Shown here: positions 10,058 through 18,042 of the stretch, in pieces
How the letters are laid out: every line of letters begins with the position of its first letter
Position numbering within the stretch: position 1 is the first letter of the stretch
Assembly (NCBI RefSeq): GCF_005696695.1
Contig: NZ_CP040006.1
Location: 1,650,001 to 1,682,000, forward strand
Origin: Schaalia odontolytica
GTDB taxonomy: Bacteria; Actinomycetota; Actinomycetes; Actinomycetales; Actinomycetaceae
Reading direction: 5' to 3'
DNA: 32,000 bases
The notes under the pieces: model-generated
The model's database searches: none
What the model was told of the DNA's origin: nothing
What the model saw: only the letters and a program-made list of their open reading frames with translations
Translations under genes and position numbers: made by a program

Positions 10058-10378
10058 TCAGAGAATAACCGCAGTGCCCGTCGCGATGGCGGCGAGCATG
10101 CCGTTGTTGGTGCCGGCGGTGAAGTAGTCGACCTTCACGCCGACGACCGCGTTGGCGCCCATGGCCTGGGCGCGGGCGCACATTTCATTGACGGCGGTTG
10201 CGGAGGCACCGCCGATCTCTTCCTCGTACTGGGAGGCGCGGCCACCGAACATGTTGGACAGGTTTGCACCGAAGTCCTTGAACATGTTGACGCCGGAGAT
10301 CGCCTCGCCGGAGACCATGCCGATGTACTGCTTGACGGGCGCGCCCTCAACGGTCGGGGTCGTCACAACGAGCATCAT
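10058..10378 (-). CDS. YbjQ/UPF0145-family protein (putative heavy-metal-binding domain)
   Basis: The 106-aa ORF has the family-typical pattern: TTPTVEG..V.QYIG.VSGE...G.N.FKD......N.FGGR...YE......A...M...A...GANAVVGV..DY. Confidence 0.8.
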   Translation of the reverse strand: MMLVVTTPTVEGAPVKQYIGMVSGEAISGVNMFKDFGANLSNMFGGRASQYEEEIGGASATAVNEMCARAQAMGANAVVGVKVDYFTAGTNNGMLAAIATGTAVIL

Positions 10379-10593
10379 TCACTCCTTCATAGGGGGTTAA
10401 CGTGGCAACACTACCCGCGATCCCGTGCGTAGGCTAGTAGGCGCTCATCAACTGATTGGCTCAGTTGGTCGCCGCACCCGTTTGCTGCGTTGAAGCGAGC
10501 CCCTTTGAGCCGCCACGGCGCTACCATTCGATTCATCATTCCATCCGGGTGCAGCGGCGCGCCCGGCGACTTGTGCGGAGCGATGCCACGAAG

Positions 10594-10664
10594 ATGCACG
10601 TTTACGGGTCCGTCGGGCAGAAGAGTCCCACCGTCCTCATCATTCACCCGATGCTGTCCTCGGC
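10594..10664 (+). pseudogene. Orphaned 5' fragment of the alpha/beta-hydrolase gene (MHVYGSVGQKSPTVLIIHPMLSSA...)
   Basis: Compare MQLHVYGPCGHDCPTVLIIHPMLSSA at the start of the intact gene (12397). The last 38 nt are identical to 12436-12473. The reading frame runs into low-GC DNA and stops at 10689. Confidence 0.7.
10627..10664 (+). repeat. Left copy of the 38-bp perfect direct repeat
   Basis: cccaccgtcctcatcattcacccgatgctgtcctcggc, identical base for base to 12436-12473. Confidence 0.95.
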
Positions 10665-12435
10665 ATCACTGCCACTGACAAGCCCATAACAACTCAAACA
10701 ACACCACAATTCAGTGAATCTATACATACTACTCCTCCTGATAACACCACTTACCATTCTCATCAATACTCATAGACCAATAAGCCATCTTGGCGATAAT
10801 CTTATCCAAAGCTGTCGAAACATAACTCCGAATACAAGAATCAAAATCAACTTTCGCAACGTGCAACGCAAGAAGCCTAACAATAAGCTTACTAAGATCG
10901 CATACTACAGTAACTTCACGACCGTCCGGAAAACTACCACGACTCGAATGCTTGATAGCGTTATACGTATTTGCAATTGCCCTCGACAAGGCAACCATGC
11001 CACCGAATTCACTCGACAGCTCCAGCTCCAGAACACGCAAACACCGAAAAATACACAATGATACTGGAAGATTCCTTCCCCTACCTTTCAAACATTCCTC
11101 ACCAACACACTCACCAATCAGCTCACCGGCTGCTTCCATACTCATCGCCGTTGAGAGAATGACATCTTCAGCAAATACACCTTCACGACCAAGAACATTC
11201 ACGCTCGGGAGAATAAAACGTTCCCACTTCTCATACTCAGCACTCCATACTTCCATACCTCCTACACCGACCATCTGGAAGTTAGCGAGCGGATCGTTCA
11301 ACTTATCACGACTAGGGACATCACGGACAGAATCGGCAAAAGTCCTAGAACTAATAAGCTGGATACGCGGCTTGATCGGATCTTCCCTACTAGGAAGAGT
11401 AAAAGAAAAGCGTTCATCACGGAGAGCATGACGCCGAATGAACAATTGCCGCCCATACATGAATGTCATTAAATGACGCACCTTCTGCTGCTCACGATAG
11501 TGATCATCAAAACTCCTCGGACCTGAACGAAAAGAGCTAACCAATGACACATCATCAGCAATCAGCACTTTTCGCTGATACCCGTCAGATTCAGACACCT
11601 CTGACCAAATCGATTGAATCCGCATGTTCGTGTCGCCCTGCACCCACTCAAACACTATTTCTGACTTCACCTTTAGCTTAAGCTCATTTGCAATATTCTT
11701 CTCATCTACCAAAGGTTCAATACTCACAGCACTCAAGCCCGACCAGGCATTCAGGCCATCAATCCAGCTATATAGTTCATCTATAACAAGAGGGTCTTCA
11801 AAACACCCATTACGCGATTCAAGTACTGCGACTGAGGGCCGGAGCTTACCAACCGAAGCCTTCCAAGCGCCAAATGGCGCACGATGGCCCAGCCACACGA
11901 TACCAAATAAGCCAACAGCCCCTTCTGGGGTAAGTAGCTCCATATTTGTCGGTGCTTTCCGCGATTCAAACCAGTGTCGAACATGATCAAACTGCCCATC
12001 ATCCGCGCCCTGCAGATATGGCACCTCAACCACAAGACCGCGGCGACGGTCCATCTTTATTGTCGCTCCAACCCACGGCGTACCCTTGACACCATCGGCA
12101 AGTAGGCCACTAATACTGTCCCCAATTTCTAACTGAAAGTCGCTCATACGGAAATCCTACACACATTAACTACTTGTCTGTTAGAAAATAAGCAGATTAT
12201 TTTTGACCACAGTCCCATTACACGAGTACCACCCTTAAACACGTTCCGTGTCAAATCAGATCTACCACAACATATCGCAACATTCTGAGTTCATATAACT
12301 GGAATCACTTAGGAGGGAAAACCATTGACACGCCCATACCTTGTTACACTTATGCCATCCCACTAACTCACGCATATTCATGTCAATTCCATCGCAATGC
12401 AACTACACGTCTACGGTCCTTGCGGGCACGACTGC
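10665..12435. mobile_element. Low-GC insertion cassette (single-gene genomic islet) with no recombinase
   Basis: Composition drops abruptly. Sampled 60-nt lines give about 37-47% G+C, versus about 65-70% in the flanks. The segment lies exactly between the two copies of the 38-bp direct repeat and holds one 472-aa ORF plus 249 bp of AT-rich upstream DNA. Confidence 0.6.
10729..12147 (-). CDS. Hypothetical 472-aa cytoplasmic protein, candidate ApeA-like/HEPN-type defence protein (unverified)
   Basis: This is the only long ORF in the low-GC cassette, with no signal peptide or TM segment. The N-terminal start (FQLEIGDSISGLL...GTPWVGATIKMDRRRGLVVEV) resembles my recollection of ApeA N-terminal domains. 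The C-terminal helical part contains NTYNAIKH, and R-x4-6-H strings occur mid-protein. The assignment is from memory only. Confidence 0.7.
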   Translation of the reverse strand: MSDFQLEIGDSISGLLADGVKGTPWVGATIKMDRRRGLVVEVPYLQGADDGQFDHVRHWFESRKAPTNMELLTPEGAVGLFGIVWLGHRAPFGAWKASVGKLRPSVAVLESRNGCFEDPLVIDELYSWIDGLNAWSGLSAVSIEPLVDEKNIANELKLKVKSEIVFEWVQGDTNMRIQSIWSEVSESDGYQRKVLIADDVSLVSSFRSGPRSFDDHYREQQKVRHLMTFMYGRQLFIRRHALRDERFSFTLPSREDPIKPRIQLISSRTFADSVRDVPSRDKLNDPLANFQMVGVGGMEVWSAEYEKWERFILPSVNVLGREGVFAEDVILSTAMSMEAAGELIGECVGEECLKGRGRNLPVSLCIFRCLRVLELELSSEFGGMVALSRAIANTYNAIKHSSRGSFPDGREVTVVCDLSKLIVRLLALHVAKVDFDSCIRSYVSTALDKIIAKMAYWSMSIDENGKWCYQEE

Positions 12436-13182
12436 CCCACCGTCCTCATCATTCACCCGATGCTGTCCTCGGCCTCGAGCATGAAGGCCTCGCTCTGCGA
12501 TCACATGGGTCCCGGACTGCGTTTCCTCGTGCCGGACCTGTCCGCCCACGGGGACGAGGCCTCGGCCCCCTACGTGTCGGCGGCGGCGGAAGCGGGGGCG
12601 ATCCACGAGTGGCTGGCCTCCCACGGGGTGCGTCGCCTATCGCTGGGGTTCGCGGCGTCGCTCGGAGGGGTGATCCTGTTCGAGCTGCTCCGGTACCCGG
12701 ACCTCTCGTTCGATCGACTGTTCATTGAGGGGGTGAGCTTCTACTCGGGCGGTCCCGTAGCCCGAGTCGGCGGGGCCGTTCTCAGCCGGGTGATGGTCGC
12801 TAAGCACCGGAAGGCCGCGCGGGATCCCGAGGCCGGGGCACGCAAGCTCGCACGCCTCTACGGCGAGGAAGCTGCACGCTCGATGGTCGCTAGTTTTGCA
12901 GCGATGAGCGAGGAGAGCATCCGCGCGATCGTGCACGACTGCTCGCATGTCAGCCTGCCGCCCCTCTCCCCCGCCATCCAGCGGCGCTGCACGTTCGCGT
13001 ACGGGGAGAAGGACTCGGACCTGCGGCTCGCGCGCCGCGTGATCCCTCGCCTCTATCCGGAGGCCGAGCTGCGCGTCTGGCCCGACTGGGGGCACTGCGA
13101 GCGCATGAGCCGGGACTCGGTCGCCTACGGGGCGATGCTGCGGAACGTCGCCCTGGGCTCGGCATCTACTGATCGTTCGTGA
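12397..13182 (+). CDS. Alpha/beta-fold hydrolase
   Basis: 261-aa ORF with an oxyanion-region VLIIHPMLSS, a nucleophile-elbow-like FAASLGG, and a C-terminal WPDWGHC (His of the triad). Confidence 0.75.
   Translation: MQLHVYGPCGHDCPTVLIIHPMLSSASSMKASLCDHMGPGLRFLVPDLSAHGDEASAPYVSAAAEAGAIHEWLASHGVRRLSLGFAASLGGVILFELLRYPDLSFDRLFIEGVSFYSGGPVARVGGAVLSRVMVAKHRKAARDPEAGARKLARLYGEEAARSMVASFAAMSEESIRAIVHDCSHVSLPPLSPAIQRRCTFAYGEKDSDLRLARRVIPRLYPEAELRVWPDWGHCERMSRDSVAYGAMLRNVALGSASTDRS
12436..12473 (+). repeat. Right copy of the 38-bp perfect direct repeat
   Basis: Identical to 10627-10664 and lies inside the N-terminal coding region of the intact hydrolase gene. Confidence 0.95.
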
Positions 13183-13792
13183 AGGAGGCGATCACGCAGG
13201 GAATTCGACCTCGCACGACGCGGTAGGTGACGCCCGTGCAGCCCATACGCTCAAAGAACGCCCGGTAGGACACCGGGTCGAAGTGCTCCTGGAAGTGCAC
13301 GCCGAATCGGGAGATCACCCTCAGGAACATGGTGTGCGCCCGCTTCTTGGGAATCGCGTAGGTGGGCACGATGATCGTGCCACCCGGGCGCACGACCCGC
13401 TTGAGCTCCTTGAGCGCGTCGCCCGGTTCAGGCAGCAAGTGGATAACGTTGCCCGCCACGACGGCGTCAAACGAGTCGTTCGCGTAACGCAAGTCGGTGA
13501 TATCCGCCTGCTCGACGGTGACGTTCGAGTGTTTCGCGAGCTTCTTGCGTGCCTGCTTGAGCATCCCCTCGGAATAGTCGGTCGCGACCACACGCGCACA
13601 TGCGGGGGCGATGGCGGCGCTAATCGCGCCCGTTCCGCACGCACATTCGAGCACGGTGTCACCGGGGCGAATCAACCTGGCAACGGCACCGCCCGTCCCG
13701 TCATACACCCTCCTGTTGAGCGCGTTGACGGCGAGGTCGTAGAGCGGGGCAACTCGATCCCAGAACAATGCTGAACACCTCCGTATTCCCAT
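13166..13792 (-). CDS. Class I SAM-dependent methyltransferase
   Basis: 208-aa ORF with motif I VLECACGTGAIS, followed by VVATDYSEGML and a Methyltransf_11-like core (FDAVVAGNVIHLLPEP...LKRVVRPGGTIIV). Confidence 0.8.
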   Translation of the reverse strand: MGIRRCSALFWDRVAPLYDLAVNALNRRVYDGTGGAVARLIRPGDTVLECACGTGAISAAIAPACARVVATDYSEGMLKQARKKLAKHSNVTVEQADITDLRYANDSFDAVVAGNVIHLLPEPGDALKELKRVVRPGGTIIVPTYAIPKKRAHTMFLRVISRFGVHFQEHFDPVSYRAFFERMGCTGVTYRVVRGRIPCVIASFTNDQ

Positions 13793-13931
13793 GCATCACA
13801 CGAGGCCGACGCTGCTTCGCGCTGCTGGACATGGTACGCCTACGTGTGAGATGCCGGGGCGGAAAGGGGTTCTGTGCACGGGGACATATCCGCGTAGTCG
13901 CCTTCAGCGCGCGAATCGGCCTGTTGCACAC

Positions 13932-14297
13932 CTACATCCGCCGCGAGGAACGCGCGTGGATGAAGGCACCGACGCTATGGGCACCGAAGCCGAGCAGGCT
14001 ATAGCCCACCCCGTAGATGAGCGCGCTGTCGTTGAGGAACAGGTACATTGGCGCCAGGAAGCACACGAAGGGCGCGAGCAACCACAGGAGGCTGAAGCCC
14101 TCCTTCACGCCGTCCCAGGCTCCGAAAGCCATCGCGAGGATTGGCAGGATCGCGAGCAGGATCAGGAACACGAGGCTCTTCACGATCTCCATCGAGTCCG
14201 AGACGCGCGAGAGACTAAACCACGCCGCCGGCACCAGCAGGTAGATGCCGAACAGCACGGCGATACGAATCCACGTTGATTTTGTCGCCCACCTCAT
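13932..14297 (-). CDS. Small integral membrane protein
   Basis: 121-aa ORF with about 4 hydrophobic helices (IAVLFGIYLLVPAAWF, LVFLILLAILPILAMAF, LLWLLAPFVCFLAPMYLF, VGYSLLGFGAHSVGAF). The start codon is uncertain. Confidence 0.55.
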   Translation of the reverse strand: MRWATKSTWIRIAVLFGIYLLVPAAWFSLSRVSDSMEIVKSLVFLILLAILPILAMAFGAWDGVKEGFSLLWLLAPFVCFLAPMYLFLNDSALIYGVGYSLLGFGAHSVGAFIHARSSRRM

Positions 14298-14420
14298 AAC
14301 TCAATGATAGCCGCGTCGCATGAATAAAAAAGCACTTTGACACGTCCACTGTGCGGGCCGCGAAATGGGCGTGAACGAGTCAGCGTCGCGGGGCGCGCGA
14401 CGCTGGCAGTGGGGCGCAGG

Positions 14421-14600
14421 CTACCTGCAGTAACTGCCGAAGAAACCGCGCTTCTTCTCGGCGGCGGCGTACTCCTCGTCGGAATGGTCCTTATCGCACC
14501 ACTGATCCGCGGGAACCTGCTCCTTCACCGAGTCGATGTGCTTGCCGCAGCCCTTCCAGGTGGTCTTTCCGCATACCTCGCAGGTGGTGGGTCGACACAT
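14421..14600 (-). CDS. 59-aa Cys-rich small protein (below the ORF-track cutoff)
   Basis: Hand translation gives MCRPTTCEVCGKTTWKGCGKHIDSVKEQVPADQWCDKDHSDEEYAAAEKKRGFFGSYCR. A GGAGG Shine-Dalgarno sequence lies 5 nt upstream of the ATG at 14600. The paired-Cys pattern looks like a zinc-ribbon. Confidence 0.6.
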   Translation of the reverse strand: MCRPTTCEVCGKTTWKGCGKHIDSVKEQVPADQWCDKDHSDEEYAAAEKKRGFFGSYCR

Positions 14601-14817
14601 GATTGCCTCCTTCGTTGTTGCGCCGCGAATTCGTCAGCGGATCCGCGTCATGGTGTTGCGAGCTTCCGTCCTCCTCAGGCTGGTTGCGCCGTCGCATAAG
14701 GCCAGTCGGAGGACCGAACGCTCGAATTTATCGATCGTTATGCTCTCGGTTTTGACAAGAAATTCTACTGCTTCGAACTGTGACGCGGAGTCGTTTTCGA
14801 GGACAAAATCCTCGGAC

Positions 14818-16494
14818 TCAGCCCTCCCCCTTCACCAGCACGGCCTCGGCCTTCTCTCCGAGCCACGCGCGCAGCGTCTGGATGCCGCCCGACAGCATGG
14901 TGACGTTGAAGCCCGCGTGGCGCACGATGCGGTAGCCGATCCAGGAGCGCACGCCCGCCGCGCACATGACGACGAAGGGCTGGTCGCCGACGTTGGTCTC
15001 GACCCAGGCGCGGACTTCATCGAGGCGGTCGCGAAGCTGGGTGTGGGGGATGTTGAGGGAGTTGGGCATGTGCCCGGCCGCGTACTCCCCCACGGTGCGC
15101 ACATCCAGGACGGGCATGTCCTCGGTGAGAGCGTCTGGGCCAGTCAGGACGAGCTCGCCGGTCAGCACGTTGTGGGCGACCATGCCGGTCTGGTTGACGG
15201 GGTCCTTGGCCTGGCCGTAGGGCGGCGCGTAGGCGAGGTCCAGGTCGATGAGGTCCATCGCGCTCAGGCCCGCTCGCATGGCGGTGGCGATGACGTCGAT
15301 GCGGCGGTCTACGCCGTCGACGCCCACGGCTTGCGCGCCGAGGATCGCTCCGTCCGTACCCACGTGCATGAGGATGTGGACGGGCTTAGCACCGGGGAAA
15401 TAGCCCGCGTGCTGGTTGGCGTGCGTGTGCACCGTGAAGTACTCCGTGCCCGCCGCGTCCAGGGTCGCACGGTTAGCGCCGGTCATCGCGGCTGTTAGGC
15501 CGCCGATCCGAACGATCGCGGTGCCCTGGGGGCTCGGGATGGGGCGCGCGGTGGCCTCGCCGTGCTGCGCGTCAGCGATCACGTCGGCGACGAGGCGTCC
15601 CCCGCGGTTCGCGGGTCCAGCCAGGGCGACGGGGCGGTCGTGATCGCGGCCGACCGTGCCATCACCGACCGCATAGACGTCGTCGGCGCTCGTACGCCCG
15701 TGCTCGTCGACGAGGATGTAGCCGCGGCTGGTCTCGATGCCCACGGCCTCGGCGAAGGCGGTGTCGGGGCGGACTCCGGTCGACAGGACGATGATGTCGG
15801 CAGCCAGCACGGTGCCGTCGGAGAGCGTCACGGAGTCGTGGTCGTCGCCGTGGGTGATGGACTGGGCGGCGACGCCCGCATGGACGTGAACGCCGAGGGC
15901 GCGCAGCTCCTGCGTGACCAGCGTGGCCATCTCGACTTCGAGGGGCGGCAGGACATGTTCGGCGAACTCGACGAGGTGGGTCTCGAAGCCGCGATGCGCG
16001 AGGGCTTCGGTGGCCTCGATGCCGATGAACCCGGCTCCGAGGACGACAGCTCGCGCGCCCGAGGCCTCGCGCAGGGCGAGAGCGTCGTCGACCGTGCGCA
16101 GGGTGTGCACGCGCGGGGAGTCGAGGCCGTCGATCGGGGGCCGGCTCGCGAGGGCACCCGGGGAGAGGATCAGGTGGTCGTAGGTGAGTGTGTAGGCCTC
16201 GCCGGTCTCCGTGTCGGTGACCTGGACGCTATGTGCAGCCGGGTCGATCGCGATGACCTCGGAGTTGATGCGCACATCGAGGTTGAGCGCAGCCTTGAGG
16301 GTGTGCGGGGTGTGGAGGAGGAGCTTGGCGGGGTCTTCGATCTCGCCGCCGACGTAGTACGGGAGTCCGCAGTTCGCGAAGGACACGTACTTGCTGCGCT
16401 CCAGCACGATGATCTCGGCGCCCTCGTCGCGCCTGCGCAGGCGTGCCGCCGCGCTCATGCCACCCGCGACTCCTCCGACGACAACTACTCGCAT
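14818..16494 (-). CDS. CoA-disulfide reductase / NAD(FAD)-dependent pyridine-nucleotide-disulfide oxidoreductase with C-terminal rhodanese domain
   Basis: 558-aa ORF. It has the FAD motif VVVVGGVAGGMSAA, the redox Cys motif SFANCGLPYY, and the NAD motif AVVLGAGFIGIE. The C-terminal rhodanese domain has the active-site loop CAAGVRS. Confidence 0.85.
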   Translation of the reverse strand: MRVVVVGGVAGGMSAAARLRRRDEGAEIIVLERSKYVSFANCGLPYYVGGEIEDPAKLLLHTPHTLKAALNLDVRINSEVIAIDPAAHSVQVTDTETGEAYTLTYDHLILSPGALASRPPIDGLDSPRVHTLRTVDDALALREASGARAVVLGAGFIGIEATEALAHRGFETHLVEFAEHVLPPLEVEMATLVTQELRALGVHVHAGVAAQSITHGDDHDSVTLSDGTVLAADIIVLSTGVRPDTAFAEAVGIETSRGYILVDEHGRTSADDVYAVGDGTVGRDHDRPVALAGPANRGGRLVADVIADAQHGEATARPIPSPQGTAIVRIGGLTAAMTGANRATLDAAGTEYFTVHTHANQHAGYFPGAKPVHILMHVGTDGAILGAQAVGVDGVDRRIDVIATAMRAGLSAMDLIDLDLAYAPPYGQAKDPVNQTGMVAHNVLTGELVLTGPDALTEDMPVLDVRTVGEYAAGHMPNSLNIPHTQLRDRLDEVRAWVETNVGDQPFVVMCAAGVRSWIGYRIVRHAGFNVTMLSGGIQTLRAWLGEKAEAVLVKGEG

Positions 16495-16664
16495 GTGCGG
16501 CTCACTTTCTGGCTCGAGGACGGGTCTTCTTCGACTGCTCTGAGGATACTCCCCCGCGTTTGGATTAGTGCCCCTATGCCAACCTCGCTTGATCTGACCT
16601 TAAACCGAATCGCGGCGCGGATTCATAGGTCGGGACAATGAGCGCACATCACGAACACGGTAAC

Positions 16665-16691
16665 GCCCCGGGCACTAAACGCGTCCGGGGC
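16665..16691 (-). terminator. Possible terminator hairpin after the nuclease-like gene
   Basis: gccccgg / ccggggc 7-bp stem with a 13-nt loop, just past the stop at 16699. Weak. Confidence 0.25.
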
Positions 16692-16698
16692 ATCACCG

Positions 16699-17784
16699 TC
16701 AGGCCCAGCGTTGCGCAGCCTCGCGGATTTGATCCACATACTGATAGATGTCTTCGACCGAGTTGATGTTGTAGCGTTCCTCAGTCTTATCTTCGTTGAC
16801 GAACGCAATCACCTTTCGGCGACCGAAGTAGCACCGAAGAATCGGACGCCGATTATTGTCGTCAGCAAGGACGGAGAAGTAGGAACGCACGTCACGGTAG
16901 GTGATGCGTTCAAACGGCAGTTCAGCACACGCAATGGCCTTCACGATCCGATAAGCAGCGAGCTCCTCCTCGGTTGTTTCAATACCATCTGACACTTCCT
17001 CGACGTGCACCTCTTCGTTAACTTCTTCTTCCACATCATCGGGTACCGGCATCACCGTGTTCACATCCGCACCCAATGCACTCTTCAAGCGATCATTGAT
17101 CCGTTCATTGAGGAACTGGCGAAGAGCTTTGTCCGTGATCACAGTGAACTTCTCCAGGACCTGCTGCGTCACACGCCCTTCGTAGACACGTGAGGCAAAA
17201 AGCCTCACGAAGTCCGCAGAAGGCTCTTTAAACTCCATGCCCACTTCACGCTTGATCGCTCCGAGATACTTGAGCTCCTCCGCAGCACTCACGATCGACG
17301 TCAGATCGAAACGTTCCTTCGTGAGCTTCCTCAGCTCAGGCAGGAAAGTCTCATCAATATCCGCAAGATCCAAAACCAAGAAAGGCCTTGAATCCATGAC
17401 ATTGGGGGCATCAAGGTCCGTGTAGAAGTTATAGACACGGCCGTTGGTGAGCACCGCAATTCGCGCTTTTGTCACTGAGAAGTATCGGTACAGCTGAGCG
17501 GCATGCTCAGGTGTAAGGTCACCGGCAACTTTCTTGCATTCGATGAGAATCCGAACCTCACCACCATCCATGATGGCGTAGTCAACCTTTTCGCCGCGCT
17601 TGGTACCAACATCCGCCGTGAACTCGGGTACAACCTCTTGCGGATCGAAGATGTCATAGCCGAGAACAGTTGAGATGAATGGAAGAATGAACGCGGTTTT
17701 CGTTGCTTCTTCAGTTTCGATGTTCTCCCACTGGTCAGCAACCTTGCCAGCCAGGAGGGTAAGAGCGTCTTCAAAGGCCACCAT
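16699..17784 (-). CDS. Orphan HsdR-N-terminal-type PD-(D/E)xK nuclease-domain protein
   Basis: 361-aa ORF in a lower-GC stretch. The N-terminus matches the type I restriction R-subunit N-terminal nuclease pattern (EEATKTAFILPFI...KVDYAI...VRILIECKK...YFSVTKARIAVLTNG..Y.FY). An acidic linker and an uncharacterised C-terminal domain follow. No HsdM or HsdS gene, and no helicase, is nearby. Confidence 0.7.
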   Translation of the reverse strand: MVAFEDALTLLAGKVADQWENIETEEATKTAFILPFISTVLGYDIFDPQEVVPEFTADVGTKRGEKVDYAIMDGGEVRILIECKKVAGDLTPEHAAQLYRYFSVTKARIAVLTNGRVYNFYTDLDAPNVMDSRPFLVLDLADIDETFLPELRKLTKERFDLTSIVSAAEELKYLGAIKREVGMEFKEPSADFVRLFASRVYEGRVTQQVLEKFTVITDKALRQFLNERINDRLKSALGADVNTVMPVPDDVEEEVNEEVHVEEVSDGIETTEEELAAYRIVKAIACAELPFERITYRDVRSYFSVLADDNNRRPILRCYFGRRKVIAFVNEDKTEERYNINSVEDIYQYVDQIREAAQRWA

Positions 17785-18020
17785 TGACTCCTTGTTGAAA
17801 TACGTGAGCTTCCTCTATAACTCTAATCACACTTTACCTATGTATGTCAAGTAAGCTAGACAGCTCGCCACAGAACCGCTTCGACAGCACGCCATAGCCA
17901 TCACCGCAGTTTGGTAGGGCCCCACACAAAAACTAGGGCATACCTTGGTGTGTGTCACGCACGCGTGTCACGCAGCAAGGCATGCCCCGTTTTACCGCAG
18001 AATCATGCGGTTTTTGTTGT

Positions 18021-18042
18021 GGAGATGGGGGGAATCGAACCG
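18021..18042 (-). other. tRNA/tmRNA 3'-end-like fragment (T-loop plus acceptor strand), candidate prophage att core
   Basis: The minus strand reads GGTTCGATTCCCCCCATCTCC-A, i.e. a T-loop, a T-stem 3' strand and a 7-nt acceptor 3' strand. The upstream 60 nt do not fold into a cloverleaf by hand: the T-stem pairs only 2 bp, the acceptor pairs 5/7, and the best anticodon hairpin has an 8-nt loop. Confidence 0.4.

Noticed and set aside
10714-11431. Plus-strand ORFs 10714-11061 and 10952-11431 inside the low-GC cassette
   Set aside because: They are shorter and overlap the 472-aa minus-strand ORF, which spans the whole cassette. Their products are Thr/Ser/Pro/Ile-rich low complexity.
12325-12353. 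TTGACA-N17-ACTTAT promoter candidate for the re-capped hydrolase gene
   Set aside because: The -35 is perfect but the -10 matches only 3 of 6. It is plausible but cannot be supported from sequence alone, so it was not listed as a feature.
14536-16641. Plus-strand ORFs 14536-15498 (320 aa) and 15562-16641 (359 aa)
   Set aside because: They are antisense to the CoADR-rhodanese gene, which has clear FAD/NAD/redox motifs. Their products are Gly/Asp/Arg/Val-rich with no recognisable features.
17995-18015. Small hairpin CCGCA-gaatca-TGCGG followed by TTTTT on the plus strand
   Set aside because: The stem is only 5 bp and there is no plus-strand gene upstream to terminate. On the minus strand no U-tract follows it. 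It is too weak to call.
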